DNA from: Tubiluchus corallicola
Taxonomy: Eukaryota > Animalia > Priapulida
DNA: 64,000 nt
Direction of reading: 5' to 3'
NCBI GenBank assembly: GCA_030141605.1
Contig: JAQGDQ010000076.1
Location: forward strand, 186,001-250,000
Positions 1-12,593 of this stretch are shown here, piece by piece. A model generated the notes under the pieces. The model did not search any database. It was not told the origin of the DNA and saw only the letters and a list, made by a program, of their open reading frames with translations. The number at the start of each line of letters is the position of its first letter. The first letter of the stretch is position 1. Both the position numbers and the translations under genes were made by a program.

Positions 1-533
1 GCAAAATTTTTAACTTTATCCTTGTCACTCATAATGCTAACAAGCGGTTTTTCCGGTTCTAATGGATAATAAATTCTAAAAGAAAAACAACGAAAAGTTT
101 AGAACATTGTTGAAATAAACATTTCATCACTACCTAAATTCTAAAAAGTGCATAATGCATTCAAGAAACTAAAATTTTAACATACACTCAGAGCTTCATA
201 TCTCCTATCTGGTATATCCAGATTGTTTCCTATCTCATATCAGATCTCATATATCCATGAGCTCTAAAACATGTAAGTTAACTTAATTCAAAATAATAAA
301 AATTATTTCATTTCCAAAACAATTTTTCTTACAGTTTTGGACTTTTGGCACAATGCAAACTAGGAGGATTCAGCACTCATTGCAAGATCTTCTTGAAACA
401 TTGTTTTGTTTATAATGCAGGATGCGGTAGAGCTTCAAAAAACGATGTTGATGCTGCAACTGACCCTTAACATCTGATAAAAATTAAAGCACAGTTTGGC
501 AGCTATCTATGATTGGTTTTCAGGTATCAGCAT

Positions 534-1369
534 CAGGGGTGAGCAAAACTGTACTAAAAATGATTCCAATTTTTGGCTTTCCAATTTGTATCAAATATGA
601 AACTCAGAATTAAGATTTGCAAATAAATCATTAATCAGTAATAAAAATAGCGAGTACAAAATATTTCATTTAGCTCAGAGTTGATGAAGATTGTGCACAT
701 ATATGTCACTGGTACTATATTACCATTAAGACCAATGGAGTGACATAATAATACTATAAAAATATCATGTGAGGGTGCTTAAGTACTACATATTTCATTG
801 ATTAATACCAAAGAATGATTTTTGTAGCCAAAATTAAGAATCACAGTAAAAATATCTTGACACACTTAGCAATCTAGAGCATCTACTTTTACTTACTGTT
901 TTTAGCTGTTTTACATATTTGATGTTTTATTGCACACTTGCAGCTGTTACCGCTAATGACTCATTAAACTTAAAGAACACTAAAATTTATTAATAGACTA
1001 TAGATAATTAATAGACACTTGATTCTGGACATGTAACAAACAACAGTTCTCTAAATTATTATAATATAAGTGGCAATGCAGATTACAAACAATTGCTAAT
1101 GGTAACCAGATGATTGCCATCCTCACTACTTATTATCATTTGACAAAAGATGGTAAGAACAGTAACAATTCGTTAAAAAAGTGCACAGAAATCATTATTA
1201 AATCATTCTGATTGCGCGATACTGCAAACGATTTAACGACAAAAATCAAATGTAACTGAAGCGTTGAGTTATTCGACTCCACAATGTTAGATTCAAATAA
1301 AAGTAAAAAACAAGTTCGAATCAAATCATAGTATTCGAATTCGATTCAAACATTTGACGCACACCCCTA
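534..1369. mobile_element. hAT-like non-autonomous element (MITE)
   Basis: Termini caggggtgagc / gcacaccccta, imperfect 8-bp flanks atcagcat / acaagcat, and subterminal ttcgaa repeats. Confidence 0.45.
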
Positions 1370-1451
1370 ACAAGCATTGCTGTTTTGCTCGTCAATACCG
1401 CACAAGTGATATGACACTGCTCATTATTTTCAATTATTAGCAAAAACTCAC

Positions 1452-1602
1452 CTGCCAGGCCTATTCTTGGCCTCCTCAGAGTCAGATTCGGTATCAGAAC
1501 TAAAACTATGGTCATAAATCCTGCTGACGGCTCGAACACGTTTACTGGCCATCCCACTACAGGGACAGCAGAACCGCTAGGACTACAAGGAGCTCCGTTT
1601 TG
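1452..1602 (-). other. Candidate exon of an unidentified minus-strand transcript
   Basis: Acceptor gattttttcag| and donor CAG|GTGAGT, GC-richer than the flanks. Contains ATG-led MASKRVRAVSRIYDHSFSSDTESDSEEAKNRPG. Confidence 0.45.
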
Positions 1603-2133
1603 CTGAAAAAATCAACAACTATTAGGTTTAAATGCAAACAGTGTGTACATTACAGTTTCTATATAAAACTGAGCTGCAGAAAAAGCAAGTTTAGCTTTCA
1701 AGAAGTATGCTGCAGTGTACAATGTGTTTCAGTGATTGATTATTTTATATTACTTGGTGGAATCCTAAGAAACATGTCATGAAATCTACACGCAAAGCTG
1801 AAAGCTTCAAATGGCTTTTGGGCAAAAGTTCAAAAGGTGGATACTCATATTTTAATTCACTATGATCACATTACAAACCAAGGCCAATAGACAATTAGGT
1901 TTTTAGCACCCTATGAAGTTTTCAAATACATTGTATCATATAGTAACAGAATTAAATTCTACCATACCACATGGTTACATTGAGTCAAAAATTTTGGTTA
2001 CAGTATATCTGACTGAGAAACGTAAGGCAACAATCCAAAGACAGACTATTGAAAATACTAACAAAGTAGCATAGCCCCGCAAAAAATTTTGCATGTAAAT
2101 AAACTTATAATCAATGATGCGCAAACGTCTTAC

Positions 2134-2389
2134 ATGTGCTCATTTATTTGCCTAATGCAAAGTCATCAGCAGCTTTTACTGGATTAAAGTTATAACCAGT
2201 GTACAATGGAATGACATCAGAACAATGCAAAAGTCTCTCTAGATTCAAGCAATCGCCTAAAATGGAACCTCCAATCAACTCGCCGTGGCTCCTTTTGTTG
2301 GAGGCACCCGAAAATGTGACCCACATAGTCCTGTTCCTCTTCTTTCCAAACAACTATATATCTCCTACCAAGAGTCCCACCAAGTGCAG
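2134..2389 (-). other. Candidate exon of an unidentified minus-strand transcript
   Basis: Acceptor cattttag| and donor CAT|GTAAG. No frame is open end to end; one frame runs 57 codons from the acceptor to a stop. Confidence 0.35.
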
Positions 2390-2697
2390 CTAAAATGTTT
2401 TTTCTACATGATGCTCGGTCCAAATTTCGAAAAAATCAGGAGTTGGGTCTAGGAAAACGCCCCATATGGTGCGTTATGGCTATCCTGTGAATTCTATATA
2501 AGCCTGCTACTACCACGGTTAAACCAGCTTTCCAACCATTACCAGCATCACCCCTGTCCCATTTCCACTCTAGAAATAAGAGGTATAAGTTTTGCAAAAA
2601 ACAAGCAAAGCAGGACCATTTTGGGGTCCTCCCGTTCCTCCCATTGGGCCTGATTCGAAAAATAATCCCTCAATGGTAAAGGACTGGAAGCAAACCT

Positions 2698-2923
2698 TTC
2701 ATTTGATATATAGATCGCTGAAAGTGGTACCATCATTGAAGCTTTAACTTCGAATCTTATATATATATATATATAAATCCATACACTATCGAAATCAATA
2801 TAAAGAGTTCATTTGATATATAGATCGCTGAAAATGGTACCATCATTGAAGCTTTAACTTCGAATCTTATATATATATATATATATATAAAAATCCATAC
2901 ACTATCGAAATCAATATAAAGAG
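2698..2923. repeat. Two-copy ~110 bp tandem repeat with an internal (AT)n tract of variable length
   Basis: ttcatttgatatatagatcgctgaaa…caatataaagag starts at both 2698 and 2808. Confidence 0.92.
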
Positions 2924-3996
2924 ATCGCAAACCAGGAATGTGAACAATCGTAACAAAGGAAACAATGCACTGTTTTTAAAAAGAAAATCTGCCGCTTTTA
3001 AAAAATAAACTGTAAAAAATGATGAATAGCACTGCATTTTGCACATGGTTTAATAATGAACTGCTGCAGAGCAGAATTTAAACTGAAAAGGATTTAGGTT
3101 GCAGACAAAATATATTAACTGGAAATTGATTGTCCAATACAAGTTAGTGAAATGATGAATTCTACATTAACATTGCACCTCTACTTGCAAAGCTGTGAAG
3201 GAAACTGTGAAGCAAGGAACTTCTTTTGCAATCCACTATAGGCCAAAAGTCAGTTGAGAAAGGTCATTGTAGAATAGGCATTTGGCACAGCAGATTAGAT
3301 TTTTGTGACCTGGGGTATGTAACTGTTATGTTTTATTAAATTGTTTGCGAGGCAGCCAACTGGAGTAAGGCCCAGGAACAAAGGCCCTGTGCTATCCAGT
3401 TTGTGGATAAATGGAAACTTATTATTTTTTTCAAATTTCAAAAAACGTTTATGAAGAAAGATGGATAAAGTTATGATGCAATTAGAAAAAAATACAGAAA
3501 GAAGAAGGTAACCATGTATAGTATAAAAATATAAACATTACACTATCCAAGACACATTAATGTCACTACTACATGGTTTGCTATAAAAACAGAGAAAGAA
3601 GAAAAAACAAAGGCAAGTTAATATCATACAGGTTTCAAAAACTACTAGACAGTAAGCACTTTAGATACTTGTATAGACTATAGTCTTCATAAATGGCTAG
3701 CTGCCATTCTGGATTGGATTTTCCATTCAAAGGCTCATAAAACAAGTCTGTGAATTTTTCTTACTACTTTTATGTGCATATGCTAAAGATGACTATGTCT
3801 TACTGATACAAAAAAATTTCAAGACTGTTCTGAACCTAAAACGGCTATCTTTTTTGTTAATTTGAATCTAAAATCTGCTGGAACAATCTAATTGCTTCAT
3901 AAATTGTGCAATGAGCTGCTAATAAATGGCTCATGTTATTACAGTTCAGCTCATATGTTATTACAGCATTGGTAAATTTTAGCAGATGTCCATATC

Positions 3997-5090
3997 CATA
4001 GGTGAATTTAGGCATGGGCCCAGGGACCTGGACCCCCCTTTCATAGTAACAGTTACAGCACACCAAGTAAATATTTTCTCTGGATTATAAGCTTCAGAAC
4101 ATTTTGTGGTAGTTTTTAATGGCTCATATCAAGTAAAAAGTTCTGCATTAATGATTTTAGTGTAAAAACGTTGTGTCCTTTAAGTAATAATTGAAGTTTC
4201 TGGCAAAGATATCGCTGTGTGCAATATAGGTGTAAGTTACTCTGCAATCGGTTCAGCGGCATAATAAAACAAATGTGAACCGACTGATCAAGTGGTAAGC
4301 TGCAGCTTACAGAAGAAGACGTATATTGCAGGTACTCTCTTAACTGCCCTGGGAGCGAGCCATCGTCTGATTTCAGCCTCAAAATATAATTATTATAATA
4401 TAACATCATAATGGCTTTCATAAGTGAAGAAGAATTTAATACTGAGCAGGGAATTAGCGAAGAGTCCAAAAGTAGTGAGTCGTGTAATCCTAGGCTTATT
4501 TAAAAGAGAGACATAACCCTCAGTTTTTCATCTCTGAGTGCTTTCGTCGATAATGTCACATGTTTTCGGTTTAATATACTTTTTTAATCTTATCAGAACT
4601 TCAGGTGCAGATAGTACAGTGTGCATTACATCATATATTGTACATTTATGATAGCCGAACAGTGAATTACCTACGAAAATACAGTTATTGTATATGGCCT
4701 GTTTAAATTAAAATTATCACAAAAAATTCTCATATCTATTTTAGCATTGTGCTAATTTTACTTAATTATTTACACAATTCCCACACTCATAGATTTTAGC
4801 AGTGCCTTTATTAAAATTTAATACCTGCAAAAATCACATAGCACAAGGATTCTACTTTCAAAACACATAAAAGTTATGTACATCATATACGCTATATACT
4901 AGTAAATTGGTATGTAATTAAGAGCCAAAAGTTTGAGGTGACATATTGTATTTTAAAATATTGAATTTGCTTTAGGAAATAGCAAAAAAATATGGTCTAA
5001 AATACAGTAAAATGCATTGGCGGCCCGGACCATCCTGGGGGAGCTTTTTCATTGGACCCATCCTTTCTCTAAAGCCTGTATCTGCCCCTG
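3997..5090. mobile_element. Degenerate DNA-transposon-like element with CA(G/T)RGGCGGAT-type ends
   Basis: Left end cataggtgaatttagg…gggcccagggacctggacccccc, right end …tgtatctgcccctg, and an identical 5-bp flank ATATC at 3992-3996 and 5091-5095. Confidence 0.4.
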
Positions 5091-5834
5091 ATATCCCATA
5101 GGGATTTTAGGTAAAAGCGAAAGATCAGTCTGCCATGTTATAACGACAATATGCAGCAACATAGAACACTCCCAATCTAAGCAACGGTGATAACTCGGAA
5201 GTCCCAATCACAATTTTCCCAATACTTCATTAGACACATCGCATAGCAATAGATATAAAATCACTTAACAATGAATGAATAAATTACCTAAAATAATGAT
5301 AAAATTATTCATCAATTACTCAAAATGAGTCAATAACATCTCAACATGGTTTGATGGTTAACATTTTCTGGCAACCAATAGATCGCATCCCCGAAATTTC
5401 AGCTTTCGTCGTCACTTTTCGCTACATTCACTGATGGTAACTACTAGTACAACGATAACGACAACACCATCGTCATCTACTACTAGAGCTAAAGATTGCT
5501 GCTTCTAATTTTTAATGTGCGCTTTCACGAATCTGTTAGTACCAGTATTGCAATGATAAGTTGCAAAGATACATGAGAGGCAATTTAAAGAAGAGTGGCA
5601 GAAGGTGGAACACAAATAACTAATACAGATAAACATCTGACAAGAAAAACTAGATTTAATCTAGACGTGATTATTATGTTCTTCTCAATGAGACAGATAT
5701 CCAGAGTCAGCATGTGGCTAGCACATGAAATTGCCCGTAAGACACTTTCTTGGGAGTCACCAATCCACTTTCTGACCAAGTTCAATGTAATTAAATTTTA
5801 CAGCTATACAAACTAAGACTAATTACTCAAATTC

Positions 5835-7300
5835 ACCATCTCCAGATGAATGTTAGGGCTTTGCACAACTCTTTAATCCAACTCTAGAACCATATGTTCT
5901 CCCAAAGATTTTGCAGGAGGGATCGTGTCCAACTTCCACAACTCCTTTTTTCTTGGCATCTCACTTTTCCTCCTTAGCCCTCTCCTGCAGATTTTCTTAA
6001 TTGGAACCAAAGTGGGATGTAGTCTTCAGCTATATATGCCTGGTCTTGGGAATTAGTTTCCCAAGTATCAAAGGTGAGTTGCACAGTGCTTGAAGTTTGT
6101 TAACCAGTGTCTTTCCTGTTTTCTCTTCGTTTACCCCTTGAACTTTCCAAGTGTTTAGTTTTGTGAAAATCACGAGGTTTGTTACTCATCTACTAACTGT
6201 CATCAATCCTGAATACACGTATGTCTGTCCTAATGGTAATGATGTTCCACGTTGATGACCTTGATGCTGCTGGTAATGGCTTCTCAAAGTTTGCTGACAT
6301 TGGTTCTTTTTGCCTCTCATGTGCTCTGGGTGACCTTTTACAGGAATAGCTGGCAGTGCGTTTTGATTGCATTAATGTGGCAGATGATATAGGTCTTTCA
6401 CGTAGTAATGCTGTAAAGACCGAGGCTCGATAAATTGCATTTAGGCTCAGTGCACAAATTTCTGTCTTTGGTCACTATTTCTTCAACTTCCCAGAAAAAG
6501 AGAGTCTTTTGGAGACAATGCTGGTACTTTTTCATCAATGTTTATATTGGCCGTCACCTGGCTCACAATGTACGAGAAGTGATCAATGTTTTCTACAACA
6601 TCATTGTGGATTTGTGGTGGGGAGTAAAGTTCCGGGCTTTCATTGACAAAGAATTTTCATCTTGGAGATGTTCAGTAGTAAACCCTATTAATTTTTTCAT
6701 AGGTCACTAAAAACATCAGCGATGGACTGGAGCACCTCTTCAGATGGGAAGCAGACTGCAGAGCCATTGGCATGCTGTAATTCAACTACCAATAAAGGTA
6801 TGGTCTTGCTGCCTGCAATCCTGACAGATTAAAAAAGAACATGCACCCAGGCTGTACAACATTAAGTTTTGACATAGGACAAAATATTTTCGGAAGTCAT
6901 GTATACATGGTGTAGCAGCCAGAAAGGTGTTGTATAGTGTTGGGGCCTTTGCAGGTCATTACACACCCTGTTTCACACCAATTCTGATGTCAAATAGTTA
7001 TATTTTGTTTCAATTGGGCACTACTGACATATCTGTTTTGTCATGAAAGAGAGTTAGGATTATGATGTACTTGTCATGGCAACCATACAAGTGTAAGACC
7101 CTCCAGAAGTCATTACAGTTAGAGTTATTGAGCCAAAATCTCCAGTTAGCTCGAATAATGCAGCGTAAAAAGACTGATTTTGCTTCTGGAACATTCCTGT
7201 AGTCGACGCATGAAGAAAATCATGTCAACAATTTCTCATCGAGAACAGAAGACTGCCAATTATGCCAGTAATGCCAGGTACTTAACTCCAACTGATTTTG
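5835..7300 (-). mobile_element. Decayed RTE-clade non-LTR retrotransposon (RT and C-terminal region)
   Basis: Minus-strand fragments appear in canonical RT order with many stops and frameshifts: IVDMIFFMRRLQE, FWRVLHLYGC...LFHD, GVKQG, APTLYNTF, FNLSGLQA, ELQHANG (decayed YADD), GLLLNISK, ENIDHFSY, and a terminal C..GR.YGSRVGLKS. Confidence 0.85.
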
Positions 7301-8814
7301 TGTATGTCAGAAAGTAATAATTATTCAGTAGGCTCAAGTAGCTCAATCTGCTATACTCACGGATAAAAGAATTGTGACATACATAATACCCCGATGATCC
7401 TTACTGCAATATTAGCTGCGTTGTCTTGTTAATGCATACCGTCTCAGGTGCAAGGACGCTGATCCCAGTATCTGTCAAGTTGAATGTTATTATGTCTTTA
7501 ACTAGAGCTAGGCAGCCCTTTGAGCTGAAGCGTCTGTATTGCTATTGTACTAAAAATTAACAGACAGAAAGTGCCAACATTTGCTTGGCATGCTTGTGCA
7601 GCAAAGTTGTCTTGCATAGTCGTGTCTTTTCTAGACAGCACGATAACTTACCACCTTTGCTAACATGTCAAACACTTGAATATTATAACACGTGAGAAAT
7701 ACTTTCCGCACTGGCAAAATCCGAGAGTGGCACACCTTAACATTCTACACACATGATAGAAAGTATTAATTAACGAAAATCAAGTATTTTAAATCTAGTT
7801 GTGTAATAAGAAGCTTCTTTGTTACCATCATGCCAACTTTCTGGCTCATAGCATAGCACAAATTAAGTAAGCAAACTTGTTTTTTGAGATTGGTTTAGTG
7901 TGTCCAAACATGTCAGCTTTCTGTTTCTCTTCTCTACCTCCTCTGTATGCCTACTTTGCACAATAAGTTTAGCTGGTGGTATTTCACTTTATGCACTCGG
8001 TGCTTTGAATGTGGTAGTTTTCATGCAAGATCACACAATGCCTGAACCATGGCGAACATTTCTGATAATACGGTAACCGTTTACTAAATAGACAATAAAT
8101 TACATTTAGCAAGAATCTAGAATCCTGAGTGGAGGGGAATAGTTGTCCCAATGAGATTGATGTACTTGAAGACTACCACAAAGATGAATTTTCTTCATTG
8201 ACGCTTAAATAGATACTAAATTTCTGTAAAAGAGCAGCTACCATTATGTAATTGAGGTTAGAACTCGATACAAATAGAACTAAAATGCTAATTTTTAACG
8301 AGAAAGTTTTTTAATGTGTCCCAGGTGCAATGTGTGAGGATTTCAAGGAACTCCTTTAGGACAGCACCATTTAATAGGTCTTATAAGACCTGAGACTTTT
8401 CTGTTATCGTATTAGCACAAACATAACTGAATGTTTACAAATTAGGTACTATTCATGAGAATCTCGGCTATCCGATCATGCTGTTTTGATAGATTCATCT
8501 ATCTAGACCGCTATTCTATAGATAACTCTATAAATATTTCAGTTTATAGTTACAAGAAGATACTTAACAGTTTTCATTTTGGAAAATATTTAAAACTGTA
8601 CCAATTGATCCAAAGAAAAATACGTTCTGAGATTGAACCATGCCCCACCACTGTGCGAAGTTACCTTTCTAAATTACTCCAGAACTGAGAAAAGGTTGTG
8701 ACTGATAGACAGACAGATGGACAAACAAACAGGACAGACGAACATATAATCTAGTAATTGCGCCCTACGTTGGCAAAACTACCGCAATAATGCAATAATA
8801 TTATATCCACTTAC

Positions 8815-8911
8815 ATTTGCGTCACGCAATAGTATCGTGATGGAGCTAGACTACAAAACGTGTAGTCCGTCAGAATCATAGGGTTTGTCAAGTCTTACTT
8901 ATCTGGCTTCG
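8815..8911. promoter_or_regulatory. Putative NAPA promoter / non-coding first exon, possibly bidirectional
   Basis: Local CpG-rich patch with inverted GACTACA-n5-TGTAGTC (8849-8867) and TTGCGTCACGCAA (8817-8829). Candidate + donor G|GTACTT at 8912 could pair with acceptor ttctttag| at 9114. Candidate - donor GTAAGT at 8814. Confidence 0.4.
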
Positions 8912-9150
8912 GTACTTGTGCTTTTTGAAAATGCGCTTTAACTTAAGCCTTGTATTGCTTGTCGGAATCTGTGGATAAATACCGCACTACAGTACTTATT
9001 ATTATCATTGTTATTGTCATTCTATGTGTAGTACTGTAGTCGTTTTTGAAATAAATTCTCTTGAATCTATTAATTTTTAGTAAAAATTTTACAGTTTTAT
9101 TAGTGGTTCTTTAGACTTGCGAGCTTAGCTGGTAATCTCCAAGCGGCAGA

Positions 9151-9245
9151 ATGTCTGGCCAGGAAGAACAAAAAGCAATTCAATTAATGATAGATGCAAA
9201 TAAAAAACTGAATTCTCCTGCTGGGCTTTTATCAAAATTATTTGG
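9151..9245 (+). CDS. NAPA: alpha-SNAP coding exon 1 (MSGQEEQKAIQLMIDANKKLNSPAGLLSKLFG)
   Basis: ATG at 9151 and donor GG|GTAGG (phase 2). The peptide matches the alpha-SNAP N-terminal helix and the hydrophobic ..LFG loop, and joins in frame to the 9812 exon. Confidence 0.9.
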
Positions 9246-9811
9246 GTAGGTATAATGGTAATGTAGTTAAACGTACAGCTGATTTCAAAATGCAGTGGAG
9301 CGCACATAACTTGAACGCATTGAGACTGCACTATCAATGCTTTATAATTAACATGCAAAACATGGTAATGCATTGATCAATGCAACTGCCATACAATTTG
9401 TCATGCAAGTTATATTCACCATCGACATTGACATAGTCAACGTCGACATGATCATTATTGCTGTCCTGTAGTGAATGTTAATCCCTCAGATATGCTTGAG
9501 CAGTATAAACAGCCGCGATTAACAGCCTACTAGCTGTTCACTTGCATGATGTCTCCTGATTATGTAATTGCAGGGCAACTACTGATTGACAGAAACAGAC
9601 ACTTCTGTGGATTCACCAAGTTTGTCTGAAAATTTCAGCGAAAATTGGATTTGCCAGGTTTTTAATTTGCCGATAACTCACTTAATCAGCCTCGATTCCA
9701 AATTACCAATAACTTAATGTTGCTCAAAAATGAACTCACTAGGTCTCTCATGAATGTGAGAATCCTATCTATATGTCAAACTCGACTATGTTATCTTTTA
9801 TATTTTTTTAG

Positions 9812-9897
9812 GGGTCCCCATTCTACGAGATTAGAAGAAGCAAGTGAATTATATGTTAGAGCTGCTAACTCATTTAAAGTTGCAAAGAAATGGAGTG
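9812..9897 (+). CDS. NAPA: alpha-SNAP coding exon 2 (GPHSTRLEEASELYVRAANSFKVAKKWS)
   Basis: ttttag| acceptor and G|GTAAG donor. Contains the EEA..Y.RAAN.FK.AK.WS SNAP signature. Confidence 0.96.
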
Positions 9898-10428
9898 GTA
9901 AGGCAGTTTTGTTATCTCTGACTTTATACTATATTGAGTAATTTGCAAGTATTATTCTGATAACTTATTACGCCTAAAAATAGTTCATTTTGAATTGTGT
10001 AAGAAATCGTGGTATTGTTTTCCTTGCACGATTCCTATCTTCTGTGCTTAGGGGAGGGGATATATTTTCAATGATGTAGTTTTGGCACAGACGTATAGCT
10101 AATCAGCAAATCAATTCTCCTCGGAAAATGTGTATACTTTCATATTCATGTAAACACATGTACTCAATAATGGCCTTCGTAGAAACTAGGTTAATAGTGT
10201 TTCTAATGCACCACAGGTAATTGTTTGACCTGTTCATTACATAAACTACCACAAATTCACAATAGGGATGGGTGGGGCAGTACTATCAACCCAGAGAGTC
10301 GTAACGTCTTGATACACCCCTGAGTATGGCTTTTTATTTTTTATCTCATTAGAGACTATAATCAACGAAATATATTTTACATTGATAATTTTCAGTCTCG
10401 CTTATTGTTCCGTTATGTGTTTTCTTAG

Positions 10429-10545
10429 CTGCTGGTTCTGCATTTTGCGATTCTGCTTCTTGTCAGTTAAAGATGGACAGCCGTCACAATGCTGCACAAA
10501 ACTATGTTTGTGCTGCCACCTGTTACAGAAAATCGGATTATTGTG
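10429..10545 (+). CDS. NAPA: alpha-SNAP coding exon 3 (AAGSAFCDSASCQLKMDSRHNAAQNYVCAATCYRKSDYC)
   Basis: ttcttag| acceptor and G|GTAAT donor, 117 nt, phase 1-1. AG.AFC motif. Confidence 0.95.
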
Positions 10546-10777
10546 GTAATTTTGACTTTATAAACTAACTTTGCAGCATAGTGAAATATTCTAGCTTAAC
10601 TGAAAATTCACTTGGTTTCAGTTTGGGTTAAATTAAGGTTTTACGAGTCTGACATTGTGATCATTTTTTAAAACTTTTTAGCTCTTATGCATTATTTTAT
10701 TTTGTTGTAAACTATGATGAGGTGTTTTTGTTATTCACGACAACAAGGCAAGTAGCGCCCTGCGTCTGTATCACAAC

Positions 10778-11433
10778 TAGTGTTTACAAAAAGGTAGCAA
10801 AAATCAGACACGGGTACCCTTTTCTTTATACCTGTTGGATACCTGGGTACCTGATCGTTAAGATTCAGTGGCAGTGAATAAATTGTAAATATTTATACTT
10901 GGCAAATAAAAACAACCACTGGTGAATTTCAACTAACTGTATTATCTTAGCAATAAACATTCTATAATCACATGCTGAAGCCCTGAACATGAGTTATGAG
11001 TCACAAAAGTTAGTGTTTTGCCACTGCACCGCTGTAATTAACTTTTCTGTAAAGAAATTGCAGTTTGTTTTCGGTAAAGTTTTGTAGCTCACCATTTCAG
11101 CAAAAATGGTTTGATCTGCTGTGCGCTTGCAGTTGATAGAGATATAATCGCTGCTGGCTTGTTAATGCTAAAATATGTTATTATACAGTAGTTCAAAATA
11201 AGAATGGCTAATAATTCACTAACTTTAGACCAAGTTTCATGTGTTTAAGTGCAGGCTGGCCATGTGCCGATGCAGCTGTTAATAATTTGCTAGTAGGTAT
11301 CTATTGTACAGTAAAAGTGCACCACAGAAAGGGACATTTAAATTTTAAATAAATTCTTAAACAATGGATTCCTATTACAGTAATATTGTCTTGTTGGAAC
11401 CGGGTAGAAATATCAGGTTCGATGGAAACATTA
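10778..11433. mobile_element. hAT-like MITE in NAPA intron 3
   Basis: Termini tagtgtttac / ggaaacatta, imperfect 8-bp flanks atcacaac / atgagaac, and subterminal ggtacc/ccgggta motifs. Confidence 0.4.
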
Positions 11434-11700
11434 ATGAGAACATTGAAACGTGATGCGATTTTGCTTGCATTTTACTACTTTTGGCTGCTACCATCTAGTG
11501 GCTGATGATGGCAATTTGCAAGTTGGTTTATGTAAACGTTTTGTAATCTGCACATTAATGTTGTCCATCTATTAACAATATATCTGGTGTGCTAACTTCT
11601 TTACATATGCCAAAGTAGGCTGCCTAGTTTTTGTTGATGCTCAGCATATAATTTCGATGTCCTATACGCCAGTTAAAGTAGCTGTAACGTCAGCTAAATG

Positions 11701-11804
11701 TTCCATTGATAATTTAATGTATGTTGTGAATGTATGAGAAACAGGAAGGGTTCCATTGATAGCATAATGTATGTTGTAAAAAGTGAGTATATGAGAAACA
11801 GGAA
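11701..11804. repeat. Two-copy ~50 bp tandem repeat
   Basis: ttccattgata…taatgtatgttgt…atgagaaacaggaa starts at 11701 and 11751. Confidence 0.8.
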
Positions 11805-11997
11805 TGTATGTATGTGAATCTATTTTCGCTGTTTGACAAAAGATATACTGCATTAACGTAAATGATACTATCCTTCGTGTTGCAGTTTCTTATTAAACTA
11901 GCATGAAGCATGTATAAAACGTTTCAAAATTATGTTTGCTGTTATAATGTTGCTAGCATCACTTTCGTCATTAACTGTTTCATAATTTATTTTACAG

Positions 11998-12044
11998 AGG
12001 CTGTTAAGTGTTTGAATAAATCGATAGATATTTTTACAGACATG
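11998..12044 (+). CDS. NAPA: alpha-SNAP coding exon 4 (EAVKCLNKSIDIFTDM)
   Basis: tttacag| acceptor and ATG|GTAAG donor, 47 nt. EA..CL..(A/S)I.I(Y/F)TDM motif. Confidence 0.96.
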
Positions 12045-12374
12045 GTAAGAGGCTTCTACATTCTTTTTGTAACAGGAACATTTTGTGTATGTATAGCTCG
12101 GTAGATAGAACTACAACTGATTTTATTTGAAATCATATTCTTGTAAACAAAGGCTTGCTGAATTGCTTGTTGCTTGAGCTTTATACCCATGTATGGTATA
12201 ACACAAACTTTTAGCGTTGACTGTATTCAATTTTTTTATTTATCACGATGGTCAGCTACTCTGCAAATGTTCTATCTCAAACTTGCAACATTACTTTGTG
12301 AAACATTTTATGCCTTTATTATTTTAAGTGCCACTAGATCTCATTTTATATGTAATGACAGTTTACTTGTTTAG

Positions 12375-12593
12375 GGTCGATTTAGCATAGCAGCCAAACA
12401 TCACGCCACCATCGCTGAAATATATGAATGCGACCTAAAAGATTTTAGTCAGGCAGTTATTCACTTCCAGAAAGCAGCTGATTTTCACCAGGGAGAGCAT
12501 TCTAGAGCTGCAGCTAATAAGTGCCTCCTGAAGGTGGCACAGTATTCTGCACAGACAGAAGACTACGAGTGTGCAATAGATATCTATGAAAAG
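12375..12593 (+). CDS. NAPA: alpha-SNAP coding exon 5 ([18 protein letters not shown]...[14 protein letters not shown]...AIDIYEK)
   Basis: tgtttag| acceptor and AAG|GTATT donor, 219 nt open. GRF.IAAKHH and ANKCLLKVA motifs. Confidence 0.97.

Noticed and set aside
2217-4377. Resemblance of the hypothetical microprotein to SMIM4/UQCC5 (…RVP…LGGT)
   Set aside because: Only a few scattered residues match from memory, and the conserved downstream region is absent. No gene name assigned.
6435-6710. 91-aa + strand ORF
   Set aside because: It is an antisense shadow of the decayed RTE element.
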